NCBI RefSeq assembly: GCF_009834535.1
Contig: NC_045698.1
Coordinates: 746,001 to 810,000 of the forward strand
Source: Camelus ferus
Taxonomy: Eukaryota
Reading direction: 5' to 3'
Length of the DNA stretch: 64,000 nt
Shown: positions 59,081-64,000 of the stretch, piece after piece
Numbering within the stretch: the first letter of the stretch is position 1
Layout: the number at the start of each line of letters is the position of its first letter
Program-made: the position numbers and the translations under genes
Notes under the pieces: generated by a model
What the model saw: only the letters and a program-made list of their open reading frames with translations
Databases searched by the model: none
Told to the model about the DNA's origin: nothing

Positions 59081-60624
59081 TCTCGCCTCTTTTGACTCAG
59101 CCAGAAGCATTGCGAGGCGTTTCCAGAAAGCCTGGCTGCCGTTAAAGGCCTAGAAAGTTGCTCAGGGTTTTCGGAGAAGGGGGCGGGGCTGCTGCGGCAG
59201 AGACAGCCGAGGGACGGAGGCCTGGCCGGGGAGCGGGCTCTCCCCTGCCTCTTACACCCTCATCTACTCACTCTCGCCTGTAGACGCTGCATGTGGCCCT
59301 GCTGGCTTCAGCCACTGGGATGATGTGTAGCTGCACCCCGTCTCCACCTGCGCCCCGTGGAGCACACCTGCCCTCATTGCAAACCCTTTGCTGACTCCTG
59401 TTACCTGAGTGTAAAGTCCACCCACCTCGGCAGGCTGACCAGCCTTTTGCCCCTAGGCCGCCATGCCCTGTGCTCCTGCCCTGCAGGGTCAGCCGGCGCC
59501 ATACTCCGCGGCTTTGCTCACTGCTCTGCGCAGCGGAGGCAACGGAACGCTGTATGCCTCTTAAGTCTGTGAGGAACAAAGACCAGCCCCACTGCGTAAG
59601 CACAAGAGGAGACCCAGGGCGGGGGGGGTCTCATGGCATCCCAAAGCCAGGATGCGGCTGGGCCTCGGGAAGGGGCTCTGGGGTGCAGCTTCGTATCACT
59701 CTCCCGGCCTCTCAGGCCCGGTTTGGGTCCTGTTAGACTTGTGTCCCAGGTGCAGCTAGTTACTGGCGCGCAGGGACGAGAGCCGTCACGCAGAGCTGGC
59801 AGCCCTGCTGTTTGTGCAGCTGGGAACTCTGACCCGGCCTTGATGGGGGGTGGGGCTTGTGGCCTACCCAGCTTCCGCACTCCGGGTCACACCGAGGGTC
59901 CACGCCTGGTCCTCCAGGTGAGGACGCGGCTCCCTTGGGATTTTCTTTCCCACCCACGAGAAACACTCAGCTGTTGGAAAGCTACTTGTAACATCTTTCA
60001 CGTTTCTCAGCAGCTCTCCTGGTGCTGGTGTGTAAGGTGGTATTTAGAGAGCTTCCCTGTTGAGTGGCAGTCTGGTTAGGGCCCCTCGAATGCTGATCAT
60101 TCTCCGGAGAGAGGCTGCGGCTGATTCTCAGGGCCCCTCGAACGTCAGCCCTCCAGCGCTCTGTGAGGTCAAAACTCACGTGCTCACATAGATTTGTCAC
60201 AAAGCCCCATGCTCTGCACCCTTTCCTCATTGGGGGGGGGGCCTAGAGAAAGGGGAAGCTGCTGCAGTCCAGGGTCCAGGGAGCCCATCCTCACCCGCCC
60301 CCTCCCTTTTCTTTCCTTCTTTCATGGTGAGCCCCAAGCCGAGAGGACTCTTGGTATGATCCCATGTTTTTTACCTTATTTTCTGGCCCCAAGAACTCGC
60401 CACCACCTCTGGGGTTGACTAACTCTTGGCAGCTCTGAATGAGCGCCACAGACCTGGGCTGCCAGGGGCAGGGCGGCGCCCTCAGTGGGGAGAGACAACC
60501 TTGGTTCTCCCTGGTCTCATGTGATACTTGCAGAGGATACGGGGGTGGTGATTATGTGAGTGGTCGTTTTATATTCATTTAAAAAGATATCCTGGTTGTA
60601 AGTTCTGGCCTTCCCCCGTTTAAA

Positions 60625-63520
60625 CCAAAGTTACTGATGTATAATTTGCGTAAAGAAAACCCATTCTAAGTGTGTATTTCTGTGAGTTTTGACAAATGTC
60701 TTCACCCAGATAACCCCTACTACAACAGGACAGAGAACATTCGCATCCCTTCAAAAGCTCCATCTGGCCTCTTTGCGGTCAGCACCCGCCCCCTGCCCAG
60801 CCCCCAGGCAGCACTGGTCTGTTTTCGGTCCCCATGATCAGCTGAGTCTGTTCCAGAATTTTCCATACATGGAATCATTCAGTCTTTTGTGCCTGACTTC
60901 TTTACTGAGCGTGGTGTGTGTGGAATCCATCACTGTTGTTGCGTTAATCGGGAGTTTGTACCTTTCCGTTGCTGAATAGAATTCCTTGGTGTGTATGTAC
61001 CACAGTTTGGTTAACCATTCACCCGTGGATGGGCATCAGGGAGGTTGCCGAACAATTCTACAATGTGATTGTACCATTTTAGCATTGCTGCCAACAAGTT
61101 TTGAGAGTTTCAGTTGCTTTAAAACCAAAACTATGTTTTCTGTCTTTTGAAGTGTATTCCTTGGAGTAGGTACACAGTAATATCCCACTGTGGTTTTAAT
61201 TATTTGCATCCTTCTGATTCCTAATGATGGTGAGCATTTCTGTGTGCTTATTGGTCATTCGTATATCTTATTTTTTTTTGTTTGCAGTTTTCGTTAATGA
61301 TTATAATACATTTGAGGAGGGAGAATATTTACGCTATAAAAGCACTGGAAATTTGACACAACATTGTAAAATGATTATCAATCAATAAAAAATGTTAAAA
61401 TAAATAAATAAAAGCACTGGAAAACAACTGAGTGTCAGATTGTGATTATCATAGAAATTAGAAGAATTATACACATGTATCTTCTTTTATAAAATATCTT
61501 TCCAAATCTGTCGCCCAGGGGAAGTTTGGGGCTGCGTACCAGCATGTTATCAGGCTGTGAGGGTTCACTATATATTCTGGGTGTGAGTATTTTGGAAGAA
61601 ATACGTTTTGTGAATACTTCCTCCCAATGCATTGCTTGTGTTTTCTTCTTAATTGTCTCAAAGCGGAAAAGGGTCAACTGCTTACAATATACCCAGTGAG
61701 TCAGTGTTACGAGGAGAGCTTTGTGTTCCCCGCGTTTCTGCCAGTTTTTGCCTTATGGGTTGTGAAGCTCTGTTACTTAGTGTGTGCTGGTTTAGGGTGT
61801 TATGTCTGCTTGATGAGCTGCCCGTTTTGTTGTTTTGAACTGTCCTTTATTCCTTTGTTCTGAAGTCTGCTTTGTCTCAAAGTGACGTAACTACTTCAAC
61901 TTTCCCTTTCCAGTGCCTCCCACGTCCTCCTCTTTCGCGTCCACGCCCTCTGTGTCTTTATGTTTGAAACGTGTCTCTTGTAGGCAGTTCACAGTTAGTT
62001 TCTCCTCTTAAAAAAATTCTGGTTGACAATTGCTGCCGTTCAGCTTGGGTGTTACATCGTTTCAAGTGGATGTCCTTATCAGTATGGTTTCTGTTTGTCC
62101 TGTCAGTTCTTTGTTCCCTTCCCTATTTTTCTGCCCTCTTTTCTTCTTATTATTTTTGTACTTTAAAGGTTTAAGTGTCCCTTCTTTGTTGGCCTCTCAG
62201 CCAGGCCTTGTTCTGTTCTGTTCCGTGGTTTTCCTGCTGGACAGTTGTCAGCATGCTGCTTTACCTTGAGACGGTCTGCCTTCAGGCCTTACTGCACCTC
62301 TTCACATGGGCTGCGACAGCTTCAGGTCGTGAAGTCTCACTTCTGCTCTCCTGTTTCTTGCTTACTGGTCATACTTTTCATTTCCAGGTGTGCCGTCAAC
62401 TCCACTGTCATTTTTGCTTTGAGCAGTCGATTAGCTTGTAAGTCAATTGAAAATGAGCAAAGGTATGTTTAATTTCCGGGCACGCACCCGCTGTCTCGGC
62501 TCCTTTGTGCGCGCCCTGGCTCCTGGCTGGTGTTTACTCCTTGAGCCCCAATAACCCCTGTGAGCGTTTCTTGTTTGCAGGTCTGCTGGTGGTGAGTCCT
62601 GCCAACCATGCGGGTATGGAAATGAGTTTAATTTACCCTCTCTTTTCTGAAAGATACTTTTCACTACGTGTAGGGATTCCAGGTCGGTGGGCAGTTTTTC
62701 TTCCAGCTAAATGTTAAGGGTACTGTCCTACCGTCCTCCTCGCGCCGTCTCTGGTGAGACTCGGCACCTGTGCCGTCCGCGTCTCTGCTTCGCTGCACAT
62801 CGTGTGTGTCCTTTCTCTGGCTGCTTTTAGCATTTTTGGAAGAGTCGCTGGTGTTTGGCAGTTTGCTGTCACGCTTTCCCTCCTTGGTCCTGCTTGTGGC
62901 TTATCGAGCTTACTCAATTTGTGAGTTTCATCGGATTTGGAAACGCCGCAGCCAAGATTTCTTCGGCACTTCCTGTCTGCTTCCTCTTGGGGCGTGTGTG
63001 TCAGCAGCCTGCGGCCCCAGCGCCAGTGAGGCTCTGTCGGGTTTTCAGCGTCTGTCCCATCTTGTGCTGGGCCTGAGTGCTTTCTACATCTCCGTGTTTA
63101 AGCCACTGATGCTTTCTTGCAAGTTCTAAACCGCTGTTAAGCTCAGCCTGGAATTTCTCATTTTGCATGTTATATTTTTTGTCTCTGGAATTTCCAGTGG
63201 GTTTTTTATTCTTTTCTTCCCCTATGCCTTGGAGAGAACACCATACAGTAAGTAGAGCTGTGTTTTATATCTCTTTACGGCTGCACGTTGTCCGTTTTGC
63301 GGATGTACCACAGTTTATTCAACGACCTCCATATTGATTGACGACTGGGTGGTTTCCAGCCTCTGGTGATTAAAACCAGGGCTCTAATGCATAAGCTGGG
63401 ACATGCATTGTCTCATATTTTTTGATGGTGCATCTCTGAAACAGACTCTAGGAAGTGGTGGTGTTGATTCAGGTGGTAAATGCACCTGCCGTCCCAGGGA
63501 CCACCCTGGTCCTTCCCCAG
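60625..63520 (-). mobile_element. Patchwork of ancient L1M fragments upstream of CLPTM1L
   Basis: Classic antisense L1M 3'-end text (tgagttttgacaaatgt, ttccagaattttccatacatggaatcat, gtatgtaccacagtttg, ttcctaatgatggtgagcat) with a T-rich strand bias. Confidence 0.7.
61352..61409 (+). mobile_element. Very short L1 3'-end insertion with a perfect 14-bp target-site duplication
   Basis: aaaagcactggaaa at 61338-61351 and 61410-61423 flanks tttgacacaacattgtaaa..tcaataaaa plus an A-rich tail. Confidence 0.8.
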
Positions 63521-64000
63521 GTGGCCCGCTGCTCGGAGCCCTGCCAGCAGGGTGAGCTCTGCCTCCAGGGTCCTGCGTCAGCCCGCCTGAGGGGTGTGGC
63601 TCTGCCACGGTGGAGCGCTCGCCGGTGTTTCTCTGATCACGAGAGCTGGCTGGCCCCGTCGGCATGGGGTCTGTGCTTGCTCTGTGCACCGTCTGCGCTG
63701 CACTTGGGGGGCTCAGGGGCTCACCCCGAGCACAGTGCACCCAGCCCCCACCCAGTGGGGACAAGCACCGCAGGATGCAGTCAGGAGAAGTGAAGCCCTG
63801 TTGAAGAGAAGCTGGGGAATGCGGTGTCGGGGCCACTGGGGTCAAACGTGAGAAACAGCAGGAGCAGTTCGGAGGCGGAGGCAGGGTGCCGGCTTCTGCG
63901 CCTCTTCTCCCGGGGAGTCCCCTGACTTTCTAGATATCATTGCGGAGGAGTGAAGTGCCATGGCCGGTCAGTCCCAGACGCTGGGCCCGGCTTTCAGATG

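Overview
GC-rich mammalian genomic DNA containing the conserved SLC6A18-TERT-CLPTM1L block. Two tRNA-derived SINEs resembling the Vic-1 family suggest a camelid (inference). I reconstructed three spliced genes by hand, all with GT-AG introns and open reading frames. SLC6A18 (+ strand, 2031-12363) has coding exons 2-12 here; exon 1 lies upstream of the window. TERT (- strand, 35439-17264) is complete: 16 exons, 3402 nt, 1133 aa. CLPTM1L (- strand, 58466-45996) is complete: 17 exons, 1605 nt, 534 aa. The rest is introns and intergenic DNA with two CpG-island promoters and decayed L1, MaLR, MER5 and SINE copies. Almost all entries in the ORF track are GC-rich noise. I see no evidence of a wholly new gene system. 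The most unusual features cluster at the 5' end of TERT and could form a lineage-specific control layer on telomerase: (1) a 13-bp tandem duplication gives exon 2 two equally good splice donors, the second leading to a premature stop; (2) intron 1 is 90 nt, in frame and stop-free; (3) the core promoter has two identical ETS+GC-box modules 22 bp apart and no proximal E-box. Comparisons with human come from memory of the human genes and need confirming by alignment.
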